Source: Pirellulales bacterium (GTDB taxonomy: Bacteria; Planctomycetota; Planctomycetia; Pirellulales; PALSA-1355). From it: a stretch of 64,000 nt of DNA. Within the stretch, counting starts at the first letter, position 1, and each line of letters opens with the position of its first letter. A program made the position numbers and the translations under genes. Location of the stretch: NCBI GenBank assembly GCA_963733035.1, contig CAVTBU010000005.1, forward strand, positions 2,496,001-2,560,000. The letters run 5' to 3'. The notes beneath the pieces are model-generated. The model saw only the letters and a list, made by a program, of their open reading frames with translations, did no database searches and was not told where the DNA came from. Positions 10,740-21,375 of this stretch are shown here, piece after piece.

Positions 10740-11351
10740 ATGAGAGAACGTCGGAAGCGGATTATGAAGCGGCTGCTCATCGAAGAGCTCGAAAGCCGCG
10801 CCATGCTCAACGGCACGGAAATCGCCATGGCGGCGACCAGCCTGACAACGAATTCCTACCAAGACTTCTATAAATCCCAGGTGGGAACCGAAATCGGCGG
10901 TCCCGGCGGCGTCGGCATGCTCGATAGCCTGCTGGTCGATCCGCAGCTGTTCGTCGAACTCGCCGCCAACGTGATGAACATGGGGAACGCCGCGGCGACT
11001 TTCCCCGAGGCCACCACCGGCGTCGGTCAGATGACCATCACCACCGGAGCCAACACGCTGGGTATCAGCAGCTTCGCCTATCCCACGGCGGGTCCCTCGC
11101 GGGCCGGCGGCACGGGCAACGCGAACCTGGGTTCGCCCACCGGGCCGGTTGAGGCCAACGCCGTCGATCAGGCGATCCTCGAGCTGCAACTCGAATTGCC
11201 GAGTCTCGCGCTGGCCAAACGCTCGCACGATGCGCAGCAAGACGACACCGCTCGCGCCGAACAGGAAGACGCGGCCGAAGAACAGAGCGACAGCCAGTAC
11301 GAGGAGGAGTCGCGCAACTGGGATCGTGAGTTGGTCGCCGCCTACGATTAA
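10740..11351 (+). CDS. Hypothetical protein with planctomycete extracellular N-terminal motif
   Basis: KRLLIEELESRAML motif, GAGGTG RBS, acidic C-terminus. Confidence 0.7.
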   Translation: MRERRKRIMKRLLIEELESRAMLNGTEIAMAATSLTTNSYQDFYKSQVGTEIGGPGGVGMLDSLLVDPQLFVELAANVMNMGNAAATFPEATTGVGQMTITTGANTLGISSFAYPTAGPSRAGGTGNANLGSPTGPVEANAVDQAILELQLELPSLALAKRSHDAQQDDTARAEQEDAAEEQSDSQYEEESRNWDRELVAAYD

Positions 11352-11492
11352 TCGCGGCCAAAGCCCCAGTTTTCTCGCAGCCAGGCGGAAAGCTTCTCGT
11401 GGATCGCGCCTTCTGGCCGGCAGACACATCTGCTAGCATGTCGCTCGCCGGCGCCCCACAGACGTGACACTTGTGCGAGACACCAACCCGCC

Positions 11493-12716
11493 ATGGAACG
11501 GCTGATCAGTTTTGCCGGGCTGTTGGTAATGATGGGGCTGGCCTGGCTCCTGAGCGCCCGGCGGCGGCAAATCGCCTGGCGGACCATTGCCGCCGGCTTG
11601 GCCCTGCAATTCACCTTGGCCGTGCTGATTCTCCGCACGTCCGTCGGGCAAGGCCTGTTTAAAACGCTCGGCAAGATATTCGTTGGCCTGCTCGATTTCG
11701 TGAACGTCGGTGCGGGATTTGTTTTTTCTCAGGCAGGCGGTGATCGAGCAGGGCTGTTAACCACGTTCGCCTTCGGCACGCTCTCGACAATCATCTTCTT
11801 CTCGTCGCTGATGTCGATCTTGTATCACCTCGGCGTCATGCAGCAGTTTGTCCGATTGGCGGCCGTCGTCATGCGCAAGGGCATGCGGCTCTCGGGCGCC
11901 GAAAGTCTGGCCGTGGCCGCCAATGTGTTCTTCGGACAGGTCGAGGCGCCGCTGGTCGTGCGGCCGTATCTGGGCACGATGACGCAGTCGGAACTGATGA
12001 CCATCATGCAGGCCGGCTTCGCCACGATTGCCGGGGGCGTAATGGCGGCCTACGTGCAGATGGGCATCGACGCCGGGCACCTGGTGACCGCTTCGGTCAT
12101 CTCGGCGCCGGCGGCGATCGTGATCGCCAAGATCATGCAGCCGGAAGTCGAACAGCCCGTCACGCTGGGGAAGGCGGCCGCGACCGTCGAAACCGGCGCG
12201 GTCAACCTGATCGACGCGGCGGCCAAAGGGGCGCTGGTAGGTCTTCAGCTGGCGCTGCAAGTCGGCGCCATCATCATCGCCTTTCTGGCGCTGATCGCGC
12301 TGGGAGAATTTCTTTTCCATTGGGTGTTCTCCCAATTCGGCTCCGAGCTGACGCTGCGGGGCTTATTGGGCTACCTGTTCGCTCCGCTGGCCTGGATGAT
12401 CGGCGTGGAGTGGGCCGATTGCCGTGTCGCCGGCGAGTTGCTGGGAATGCGACTGATCAGCAACGAATTCATCGCCTATGCCGAACTCAGCGAACTGGTC
12501 AAAGAGGGCTCGCCGATCAGCAAGCGGAGCGAGGTGCTGCTGACCTACGCGCTCTGCGGCTTTGCCAACTTCGGATCGATCGGCGTGCAACTGGGCGGCA
12601 TCGGCGGCGCCGCCCCCTCGCGGCAAGGCGATCTGGCCCGGCTCGGCCTCCGCGCCATGCTCGGCGGCATGCTGGCCTGCTTCATGACCGCCTGCTGTGC
12701 GGGCATCCTGCTGTAA
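11493..12716 (+). CDS. nupC: NupC/CNT Na+-nucleoside cotransporter
   Basis: IIFFSSLMSILYHLG, GAESL, GQVEAPL, FATIAG, NEFIAY, YALCGFANFGS. Confidence 0.93.
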   Translation: MERLISFAGLLVMMGLAWLLSARRRQIAWRTIAAGLALQFTLAVLILRTSVGQGLFKTLGKIFVGLLDFVNVGAGFVFSQAGGDRAGLLTTFAFGTLSTIIFFSSLMSILYHLGVMQQFVRLAAVVMRKGMRLSGAESLAVAANVFFGQVEAPLVVRPYLGTMTQSELMTIMQAGFATIAGGVMAAYVQMGIDAGHLVTASVISAPAAIVIAKIMQPEVEQPVTLGKAAATVETGAVNLIDAAAKGALVGLQLALQVGAIIIAFLALIALGEFLFHWVFSQFGSELTLRGLLGYLFAPLAWMIGVEWADCRVAGELLGMRLISNEFIAYAELSELVKEGSPISKRSEVLLTYALCGFANFGSIGVQLGGIGGAAPSRQGDLARLGLRAMLGGMLACFMTACCAGILL

Positions 12717-12751
12717 GATTCGGGCGGCGCGCCGTCGGCGGTGCCTCCGGG

Positions 12752-13591
12752 CTAAACCGGAAGAGATTGCGCGGGGGGCAAAGTTACGATGCCGTGGATG
12801 ATGGCCCGGATCTTCGGCGCCGCGGCGGTCGCAACGGATTCGACTTCTTGCGAGTTGGCCCCCTCCAGGTCTTCGGGGCGGCATTCGTTGGTCACCACCG
12901 ATATTGCCAGCACGCGCAGCCCGCATTGCCGCGCCACGATCACTTCGTGCACGGTCGACATGCCGACGGCGTCGCCTCCCAGACGCCGCAGCATCCGGTA
13001 CTCGGCCCGCGTTTCGTAGTTCGGCCCCAACACGCCGACGTAGACGCCCCGATGGCAGACGAAGTCCTCGCGGCGGGCAATCGTAGCGGCCGCGGCCAAC
13101 AAGTCGCGATCGAACGGCAGGCTCATGTCCGGATATCGCGAGCCCGGCGCGTCGTGCGGACCAACCAGCGGATTGGCGAACGTGAGATTGATCTGATCCT
13201 CGACCAGCATCAGATCGCCCACGCGATAGTCGGGGTTGATTCCGCCGCAGGCGTTCGAGATGATCAGCGTCCGCACGCCCAGTTCGCACAACACGCGCAC
13301 CGGAAAGGCAATCTGCGCGGGCGTGTGCCCTTCGTAAGCGTGAAAGCGACCCGCCAGCGCAACCAGCGGCACGCCAGCCAGCCTCCCCAGCACCAGCGCG
13401 CCGCGATGGGTTGGAGCCGTGGGCCGCGCAAAGTGCGGAATCGATTCGTACGGCAACTCGAGCACGGCCTCGATCTCGTGCGCGAAGTCCGACAGTCCCG
13501 TGCCAAGAATGATGCCCACTCGAGGCCGCGGATGACCCTGCCTGCGAATGGCGGCCGCCGCGGCCTCGACCTGCTCGCGTGGGGGAAACAT
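12752..13591 (-). CDS. punA: Purine nucleoside phosphorylase (trimeric type), Asn variant
   Basis: GIILGTGL, GRFHAYEG, GPNYETRAE, VGMSTV, VVTN. Confidence 0.9.
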   Translation of the reverse strand: MFPPREQVEAAAAAIRRQGHPRPRVGIILGTGLSDFAHEIEAVLELPYESIPHFARPTAPTHRGALVLGRLAGVPLVALAGRFHAYEGHTPAQIAFPVRVLCELGVRTLIISNACGGINPDYRVGDLMLVEDQINLTFANPLVGPHDAPGSRYPDMSLPFDRDLLAAAATIARREDFVCHRGVYVGVLGPNYETRAEYRMLRRLGGDAVGMSTVHEVIVARQCGLRVLAISVVTNECRPEDLEGANSQEVESVATAAAPKIRAIIHGIVTLPPAQSLPV

Positions 13592-13601
13592 GGCAGCGGC
13601 G

Positions 13602-14429
13602 CTATCCGGCAAAATCACCGAGGACACCCAGAATGATTTTACGCAGTTTTGGTTCGGCGGCGTTTGCCGTGGCAATAATCTCGGCCACGTCGACCGGCTT
13701 GAGCGCGTCGGGGAAGCAAGTATCCGTCACGATCGACAGTCCCAGCACGCGCAGCCCGCAGTGTACGGCCACGATCACCTCCGGAACGGTCGACATGCCC
13801 ACCACGTCGGCGCCGATCAGACGCAGGAAGCGATATTCGGCGCGGGTTTCGAGGTTCGGCCCCAGCACGGCCACGAACACGCCCTTGTGCGCCACGAAAT
13901 CCTCGCGGCGGGCAACTGCCAACGCGCGATCGATCAGCGCGGCATCGTACGGGCGAGCCATGTCCGGAAATCGCGGTCCAAGCCGGTCGTCGTTGATGCC
14001 GACCAGCGGGTTGCTTCCCATCAGATTGATGTGGTCATCGATCACCATGATGTCGCCGCAGGCGTAATTTGGATTCATGCCGCCGCAGGCATTGGTGACA
14101 ATCAGCAGCTCGCAGCCCAGGGCCTTCATCACTCGCACGGGCAAAGTAATTTCGTCGAGCCGGTAACCTTCGTAGGCGTGAAAGCGTCCTTCCATGGCCA
14201 TCACGCTGGCGCCGTTGAGCTGGCCGCACACCAGGCGGCCGCGGTGTCCGGTGGCCGTGGCGCGAGGAAAATGCGGAACCGTTTCGTATTCGATCGAGGC
14301 CTCGACTTCGATTTTTTCGGCCAAGGGGCCAATGCCGGTGCCCAGAATGATGCCCACGCGGGGTTGGCCAGACCACTGCCCGCGAATGGCGGCCGCGGCG
14401 GCTTCGATTTGGTCGTGCAAGTGAAGCAT
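13602..14429 (-). CDS. punA: Purine nucleoside phosphorylase (trimeric type), Asp variant
   Basis: GIILGTGI, GRFHAYEGY, DHIN, GPNLETRAE, VGMSTVPE, IVTD. Confidence 0.92.
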   Translation of the reverse strand: MLHLHDQIEAAAAAIRGQWSGQPRVGIILGTGIGPLAEKIEVEASIEYETVPHFPRATATGHRGRLVCGQLNGASVMAMEGRFHAYEGYRLDEITLPVRVMKALGCELLIVTNACGGMNPNYACGDIMVIDDHINLMGSNPLVGINDDRLGPRFPDMARPYDAALIDRALAVARREDFVAHKGVFVAVLGPNLETRAEYRFLRLIGADVVGMSTVPEVIVAVHCGLRVLGLSIVTDTCFPDALKPVDVAEIIATANAAEPKLRKIILGVLGDFAG

Positions 14430-14549
14430 GTGCGAAATATTCGATTTCCGAGTAGCGCAACGTTTGGGTGGCGCAGTGTAGCCGTCATTGCTCGCACCGC
14501 CAAGTGATTCATACAATATCCAAATAATCCCAGGGAGTGCCAACAGAAC

Positions 14550-15860
14550 ATGAATCCAGCGCAGTCGACCTCCGTCTCCGGCGCGGTGCAAAAGCATCGC
14601 GACTACTTGTTTCCCGCCGTCAGCATGTACTACCAGGAGCCGCTGGCCCTGGTGCGCGGCGAGGGAATGTACGTGTGGGACGACGCCGGGCGGCGTTATC
14701 TCGACGCATTCGGCGGCGTGCTGACGATCAGCGTCGGGCACGCCAACCCCAAGGTCGTCGAGGCGATCGTCGAGCAGGTGAAAACCCTTTCACACGCCTC
14801 GACGCTGTACGCCACCGAGCCGCAGTCGAACCTGGCCGAAAAGATGGCTGAGATCGCGCCGGGCAAGCTCACCAAGAGTTTCTTCACCAGCAGCGGCACC
14901 GAAGCCAACGACACGGCCTTCGCCGCGGCCAAGCACGCCACCGGCCGCCAAGAGATCGTCGCCCTGCGACACAGCTACTCCGGCCGCGCCGCGCAAACGC
15001 TGGCCGCCTCGGGACAGGCGCCTTGGAAGCGATTGCCGGCGCAAGTGCCGGGCTTCGTGCACGCCCACGCGCCGTATTGCTACCGCTGCCCGTTCAAGCT
15101 CGAGTATCCCGACTGCGGCTTGGCGTGCGCCGACGACATCGAAGAGTTGATTCGCACCAGCACCACCGGCGAGATCGCCGCCTTCATGGCCGAAACGATC
15201 ATCGGCTCGGGCGGATTCATTGTGCCGCCGCCGGGTTACTTCGAGCGCGCCGTCGGCATCGCCCGCAAGTACGGCGGGCTGTTCATTGCCGACGAAGTGC
15301 AAACCGCCTGGGGACGCACCGGCGAAAAATGGTTCGGCATCGAGCACTGGAATGTCGAGCCCGACATCCTGGTCAGCGCCAAGGGGATGGGCAACGGCGC
15401 TCCGGTTGCCGTGACCATCACCACGCCGGAAGTGGCGGACAAGTATCCCGGCATCACCTTCGCCACCTTCGGCGGCAACCCCGTCTCGATGGCCGCGGCC
15501 CTGGCAACGCTGCAAGTGATCGAAGAAGAAGACCTGCGAACCAATGCCAAGGTCGTTGGCGCCTACCTCCGCGAGAAGCTCGAAGCGCTCCAGGACAAAC
15601 ACCCGCTCATCGGCGACGTCCGCGGCATGGGCCTGATGCAAGGCCTCGAACTGGTCCAAGACCGCCGGACCAAGGAGCCCGCCCCGCAGGCCGTGCTCGA
15701 CCTGTTCGAAGAAACCAAACGCCGCGGCGTGCTGATCGGCAAAGGGGGCCTCTACGCCAACGTGATTCGGCTAGGTCCGCCATTGAACGCCACCAAAGCG
15801 CACGTCGATGAACTGGTGGAAGCGCTGGATGCGGGGTTGGCGTTTGCGGCCTCCAAGTAG
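14550..15860 (+). CDS. Class III PLP aminotransferase (AGXT2/beta-alanine:pyruvate-like)
   Basis: YLDAFGG, SGTEAN, FIADEVQTAWGRTG, PDILVSAKG, TFGGNP, DVRGMGLM. Confidence 0.9.
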   Translation: MNPAQSTSVSGAVQKHRDYLFPAVSMYYQEPLALVRGEGMYVWDDAGRRYLDAFGGVLTISVGHANPKVVEAIVEQVKTLSHASTLYATEPQSNLAEKMAEIAPGKLTKSFFTSSGTEANDTAFAAAKHATGRQEIVALRHSYSGRAAQTLAASGQAPWKRLPAQVPGFVHAHAPYCYRCPFKLEYPDCGLACADDIEELIRTSTTGEIAAFMAETIIGSGGFIVPPPGYFERAVGIARKYGGLFIADEVQTAWGRTGEKWFGIEHWNVEPDILVSAKGMGNGAPVAVTITTPEVADKYPGITFATFGGNPVSMAAALATLQVIEEEDLRTNAKVVGAYLREKLEALQDKHPLIGDVRGMGLMQGLELVQDRRTKEPAPQAVLDLFEETKRRGVLIGKGGLYANVIRLGPPLNATKAHVDELVEALDAGLAFAASK

Positions 15861-16031
15861 TTTCCCATCCAGTTCACGGCGATGTATTGGCGTCGGAAAA
15901 TTAATGAACACTGCTTCCAACAGCCGCGATCCCGTAGCTGAACTCTCGACGTCGTTCAATCTGATCTCCCCTTTGGATTCTCAATTGTGCGTGACACCGT
16001 GCGGGTGCAAGTAGAGTAGGGAGCGCAGCCA

Positions 16032-16409
16032 ATGGCGCAACGCTGGTTCTATCGCGGGGGCCTGGTACCCGAGTGTTGGTCTTCAACCCTCAAGGTGGAA
16101 GGCGGCCGCCTGTACGGCACCCACGATTCCCAGGATTGCGAAATCTTGCCGGGTGACATCATCGCGGTCAAGGAGTTCGGTTTCAACAACCCTTTTCTGC
16201 TTATTACAACGGCAGATGGAAAATTCCATGTCGGTGCAATGACGAAGCAGTACGATGAGGTAGTCCATATTCTCGAACGATACGTTGGCAGCAGTTTTTG
16301 CCAGCGCTTCGTGCATCGTTGGAACGTCCTTTTCTTCCGAAAACAGTTCGGCGTTTCGTCGTTCGTGAAACGCCTTCTTCGTGGGGTAAAAAGGGCGGGG
16401 CGCCCATAA
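16032..16409 (+). CDS. Hypothetical protein in a lower-GC patch
   Basis: 125-aa ORF with GGGAG RBS and composition unlike its flanks. Confidence 0.5.
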   Translation: MAQRWFYRGGLVPECWSSTLKVEGGRLYGTHDSQDCEILPGDIIAVKEFGFNNPFLLITTADGKFHVGAMTKQYDEVVHILERYVGSSFCQRFVHRWNVLFFRKQFGVSSFVKRLLRGVKRAGRP

Positions 16410-16593
16410 ATGCCAAACGCGGAACTGAAAGGGAGACGGGAAGCATTTCCATTTTGCCGAATCGGGATCAACCAAAGCGGACGCGAAACATTTCGATGTG
16501 TCGACTGGCTGGCTTGCTTCTTGAGCGGGCGGCCCGCGCGCGGAAGAGGGGTCCCAAGTTAATTCGGAAACGCACCAGCAATCGCGATCAGCT

Positions 16594-18120
16594 TTACATA
16601 TCCGGCCCCGAAAGGCTCTTGAGGAACTCGATCACGGCAAATCGTTCGTCGTCGGTCAGGCTGTCGCCAAACGTGTGGCCCATGTTTCCGTGGCCAAATT
16701 CCTTGGTGTCGTAGATGGCCGAGTGATCGAGCGCGACCGGCGAGAGGAAGAACTTTCCGGCCGCGGCCGTGGCACTGGTCTCAAACTCGGCTCGCGACAA
16801 CGGCCGATACGCCATGCCAATCTTCTCCAGGTCGTACGCGTGCGGGTCTCGGTTGTCGCGAGACCAGATCTCCGGCCGCAATTTCGAGTTCAACACGCAC
16901 TCGAGCGTCGGCACCGATCCGTTGTGAAAGTAAGGGGCCGATGCCCACACGCCGACCAAGGGCGGAGCGACGTATCCCGGCTTCGACGGCACGCTGGCCT
17001 GCGGAATCAACTCCGGCTTGCCCAGCGACGCGTAGTAATGCTCGAGCTCGTTGATGTGGTCGGCAATCGGCTTCAGCTTTTGCAGAGTCGTGTTGTAGGC
17101 GTCGTCCGTCTTCACGTTGCGCAGGATGTGCGAGAAATCGTAACTCACTTTCCACGCACCGGGCTCACTCCAGTCGGCGCCGGGCTTCTTCTCGTAGGTC
17201 CCGTGGCAGGTCTTGCACGCCCGAAAGCCCGCGGTCGAGTGCGGCTTCGTGCGACCGTGAAACAGGTCCGCACCTTGCTGCACAAGTTCGGCGTCGAGCT
17301 TGCCGGGAAACGGCGGAGACTGCGTTTCGCGGGCAAAGGCCAGTGCCTTGGCCACCGTTTTGATATGCTCAGGCCGATGCTCGTTCATCTCGGGATGGGA
17401 GGTCGTGAAGTTGACCGAAAAACTGGCTGCGTTGTCGATCCCCGCGTCGGCATACCAGTAGTCGAGCACCTTATACTTCATCAGCCACCAAGGCATCGGA
17501 TCGACCGGCGGCAACTCGGTCGAGTCGAGCAATTTCTCCAGGTCCGTCTTCCCTTTGCCGACCACCATCCCTTTGTTCGCCGGGTCGACCAGTTGCGCCC
17601 CCAATCGCCACACGGCGTAAGGCCCAAAGTTGTCGCCTCGGGCACGCGCGTGTTGCGGATCGGATTGATTGATGTGATTGTTTCCCAGCCCGGCCACCAC
17701 CTGGCCGTTGACCACGCCGGCGTGGCAACTGAAGCAGTTGATGTTGGCCATTTCCTTGCCGTCGCGCTCGAACACGCTTTCGCCCAAACCAAATCCTTCG
17801 GCGGCACCGGCGGTGCGCCCCGGCGGCGAGGGGAAGCGTCCGCTCGTATAGAACCGACCTTCGTCCGACTGCGGATCGTAGCCCAGGTTCTTCTGCGAGG
17901 CGGTCATGGCTTTGACCATCATCCGCACGGTCGAGACCGGCAATGCGGAATGAAAGCAGCGGCCGGAAAAGATCTCTTGCAGGCCTTCTTCGGCGGCCGC
18001 CGAATGCGATGCCCCATTAAAGCCATAAAACGTCAGCGAGTCGTCCGCCCGTCCCAGGCCGGGCACGAACGAGACAACCACGAGCAGGGCCAATGCCACG
18101 AACGCCGATCGGTATCGCAT
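16594..18120 (-). CDS. Secreted di-heme cytochrome c (RoxA/MauG-like)
   Basis: Signal peptide, CFSCH and CKTCH heme motifs, PPLVGVWASAPYFHNGSVPTL, GNMGHTF. Confidence 0.8.
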   Translation of the reverse strand: MRYRSAFVALALLVVVSFVPGLGRADDSLTFYGFNGASHSAAAEEGLQEIFSGRCFHSALPVSTVRMMVKAMTASQKNLGYDPQSDEGRFYTSGRFPSPPGRTAGAAEGFGLGESVFERDGKEMANINCFSCHAGVVNGQVVAGLGNNHINQSDPQHARARGDNFGPYAVWRLGAQLVDPANKGMVVGKGKTDLEKLLDSTELPPVDPMPWWLMKYKVLDYWYADAGIDNAASFSVNFTTSHPEMNEHRPEHIKTVAKALAFARETQSPPFPGKLDAELVQQGADLFHGRTKPHSTAGFRACKTCHGTYEKKPGADWSEPGAWKVSYDFSHILRNVKTDDAYNTTLQKLKPIADHINELEHYYASLGKPELIPQASVPSKPGYVAPPLVGVWASAPYFHNGSVPTLECVLNSKLRPEIWSRDNRDPHAYDLEKIGMAYRPLSRAEFETSATAAAGKFFLSPVALDHSAIYDTKEFGHGNMGHTFGDSLTDDERFAVIEFLKSLSGPDM

Positions 18121-18315
18121 TCGGATTTCCTTTCACAGCAATTTGTCGAGATGCACCCTGCGCATACCAAGCCAGCAGCCAAACGTCGTATCGCCTGGCG
18201 CGGCAGTTTGTACTCTGGCAGCGCGAGATAAGTTTCAGCCCCTCCGCCGATCCGCGCCTCAACTCAGATAGGTCCCTGCATTCTAGGCCAAAGCCTACAG
18301 CCCTTGCCAGTCTTT

Positions 18316-20423
18316 TCAGCGGGGAACTCTTCCGCAGGAAACATCAAACAGCAGGCCATCGATCGGAGCACCACCGTCGAACAACTCCGTGGCAAACACC
18401 TGATCGGCATCGATTGGGCGGATCATTTTACCGGGCAAAGGCAGCTGCATCGAACGCGCGTCGATCGATCTCAAAGTCGCCGCGGCCGTCGGCCTGATTT
18501 GCCCCTCCGCGGATCGAGTTGAAATTGCCAGCGGGGGCGGCGCCGGGACGGATCGCCGCGCGGTGCCAGGTTGTGCTGCCAGGGCTGAAGCCACGGCCGA
18601 ACCGCTCCCATCCGTCATCACGTCGGCCTCGGCTGGAGCCGACGGCGACGGCCAGTCGATGATCCGCGTGAGGAACCCAACGTTGGTGCGGGCGATGATC
18701 TGGTCGGCCGCATTCACCAACCCATCACGATTGAAATCGTAGACGCTTTCGATCGGCTGCGAGTACCCAGGGTTCGTGCGCGCGGCAATCTCGTCGGCGG
18801 CATTGGTTGTCATCACGGTCGGCGGTGCTTCGGCAAAGGTGTCTCCAATCCGATTGCCAAAGAAGAACACGTCGCTGGCGGCCAGTCCCGTGTTGGTGTC
18901 GTTGCCACCCAGCGAGTCGTTCCCCTTGACGATAACCTGCAGCCACTCGTTTTGAATGACATTGTCGGCCCAGGTGATTTCGATGCGGTCGGAATGCCCC
19001 TCGCCTTCGCCCCCCAGCACGACGACCGACAGCGGGGCGGGCGCCTCGGTCCACTCATCCAGATCGGACGAAGTGCCCGTGCGGAACAGAAAGTCGGCAG
19101 CGGTAATCGCGCCATGCGGTCCGGCCAGATCGACGATGATGCCGTTGATGCCGCGCGCGTAGCTGGTGTAGTTGGCGGCCGTCGCCGTTTCTCCCGCCAG
19201 CAGGGCCGTCTTGTCCGGGGCGATGGCGCCGGCATCGGCGACGTTGGCCGCTGAATCCTGATTGTCAAACCGCGAGTTATTGTAGAACACTTGACGGCCG
19301 ACGACGCTCGAGTCGGGCGCCGTGGTGTAGACTTCGCGGCCGGCGTCCGACGTATAGGAACCGCCCGCGCCGGAGCCTTGGCCGCCGCCGACAATGACTT
19401 GCGCGTCATCTTGGATGATGAAGTCGAAGGCCTGACCGGCGGGCGACGACACGTTGAACGTGCAATCGTAAACTTCCGCCGTGCCAAGATTCCAGGCGTA
19501 GATGCCGTCGGTCTGGACCGAATTCTCGTCGCCCGTGGCATTCAACGTGCAATTGAACAGCCGCACCACGCCGGTCCGCACGTTCACGCAGTTCGACACG
19601 TGCGCCGGAATCGGATCGGGTTGCTGTACCGTCAAAGTACAGTTCCACAATTCGACATACTGCGGATTGAAGCTCGAGCCCAGCACGGCCACCGCGTCGT
19701 ATTTCGTGCTGATGTCGCAGTCGTAGGCGTACAGCCGGTAGGTGTGGAGCTGATTGGTCCAAATAAAGATTCCGTCGCTGTCGCCCGTAATCTTGACACG
19801 CATCAGATAAGTGGTGATGTCCTGGTCGGGAATGGCCGCCATGCCAACCAGCGTTTGATAGTATCCGTTGTAGAGCGTCCCTTCGAGCCAACAGTCCTGC
19901 ACAACGGTGCCGTCGTTCAGCGTGAAGGGGGCGGCGCCGTCGATCCCTTGCGGCACGCTGCTAGAAATCCGTGTCGCCTCCTTGCCCGAGCCCGTTACCG
20001 TAACTTGGGAGGGAAACTCGATGTGCTCCAGCCCGCCCATGTCGAATACGTACGGCCCCAGCAGAATCTCGTCGCCCGGCTGCGCTTGCGCAAGACCGCG
20101 CGCAGCGTGTCGCCGCGCTCGGTGTCGCTCTCCTCGGCGGAGGAAAAAGCCTGCACCTCGACGCCGCCGCGCACCAGCACAATCGCGTCTCCATCCGCAA
20201 TCGACAGACTGCTGGCAACGGGCACCTTGGCCGCTGGCTCAGCTTGCGTTGCGACCAGGCTTGCCGCGTCCGGCAAAACATCCGTGATCGCCGGCGATTC
20301 GTCGATCGATGCCGGTGAGGCGCTGAGCAACTCGCGCAACTCGAGGGCCTCCCCCTGCAAGCACGCGGCGGGGCTCATTTTCGTTCGCACGTTCGCAGCG
20401 CGAAGACGTTGCAGGGCTTGCAT
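18316..20423 (-). CDS. Secreted beta-helix-like protein with dockerin-like C-terminal module; apparent frameshift near 20090
   Basis: EALELRELL export motif in the 19995-20483 frame joins AQPGDEILLG... of the 18316-20040 frame; VFYNNS...RGINGI domain; DFNRDGLVNAAD. Confidence 0.75.
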
Positions 20424-20659
20424 GGACTCTGTTCCGACGTACCACGAGACGACAGCCAACCTGGCGGCGAAACCCGGTCGCACGCTCTGCGTCCAGCATA
20501 GTCAAATCCGTCACCGCGTGAAGCAATCGACCGCTAAATCTCGCTCAAAAGCGCACGGCGCAACCGGGTCCATCCCAAAACCGCCGGCCGCCGCTGGTTG
20601 GCGCCAAGGCACGCTCGGGGTTGGACCGGCCGGGGGCCGCTTCGCTATACTCGCTGCGC

Positions 20660-21283
20660 ATGTCGACTCCGTTTGACTCACCCACCGAATTCCAACCGGC
20701 GCCCCGGCGGCGCGTTTGGCCGTTTGTGCTCTCGGGCTGCGCGGTCCTCGGCCTATTGATGCTTGCCGCCTGCGGGGGAATGCTCTATTTCGGTTATCGG
20801 CAAGTCTCTGGCAACGGCGAAGTCGCCGCCGAGGTCGATCGGCTGTTTGACGAAATCGCCCAGGGTCGCGCCGCACAATTCTATCGCGACTGGTGTTCCC
20901 CCGAGCTAAAGCGCGCCACCAGCCAGCAGGAGTTCGTCGACTTCGCCAATGCCATCAACGAGCAGCTCGGTAAGCTGGTTTCGAAAAGCGTGACGGGCTT
21001 CTCTTTCAACCGCCAGAATCTGACCAGCAACGTCGAGGCTTCCTACACGTGTGAATTCGAACGCGGCAAGGCGACCGTGCAAACCCGCTTCGTGCAGAAA
21101 GACGGACGCTGGTTGTTGCAGTCGTTTCAGGTGCTCTCACCGCGGCTATTGAAGCCAACCGCGCGACGAAAGTGCCCCTTCTGCGGCGAGTTGTACGAAC
21201 CCGGCGACAAGTTCTGCCCCCACTGCGGCAAGCAGCTGCCGGATACTCCGCAGAAAGAAGCCCCAGATCAACCGGCGAAGTGA
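20660..21283 (+). CDS. Membrane protein with NTF2-like (DUF4019-like) domain and C-terminal double zinc ribbon
   Basis: TM segment ending ACGG, DGRWLL, CPFCG...FCPHCG. Confidence 0.7.
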   Translation: MSTPFDSPTEFQPAPRRRVWPFVLSGCAVLGLLMLAACGGMLYFGYRQVSGNGEVAAEVDRLFDEIAQGRAAQFYRDWCSPELKRATSQQEFVDFANAINEQLGKLVSKSVTGFSFNRQNLTSNVEASYTCEFERGKATVQTRFVQKDGRWLLQSFQVLSPRLLKPTARRKCPFCGELYEPGDKFCPHCGKQLPDTPQKEAPDQPAK

Positions 21284-21375
21284 TTCCGGGCGGGCCGGCC
21301 AACGCGTGGCTCTCGGGTGCCATTGCTGGCTCGTACAGCAGTGGCGATATAATGTCCCACGGAAGCGCGCCATTG

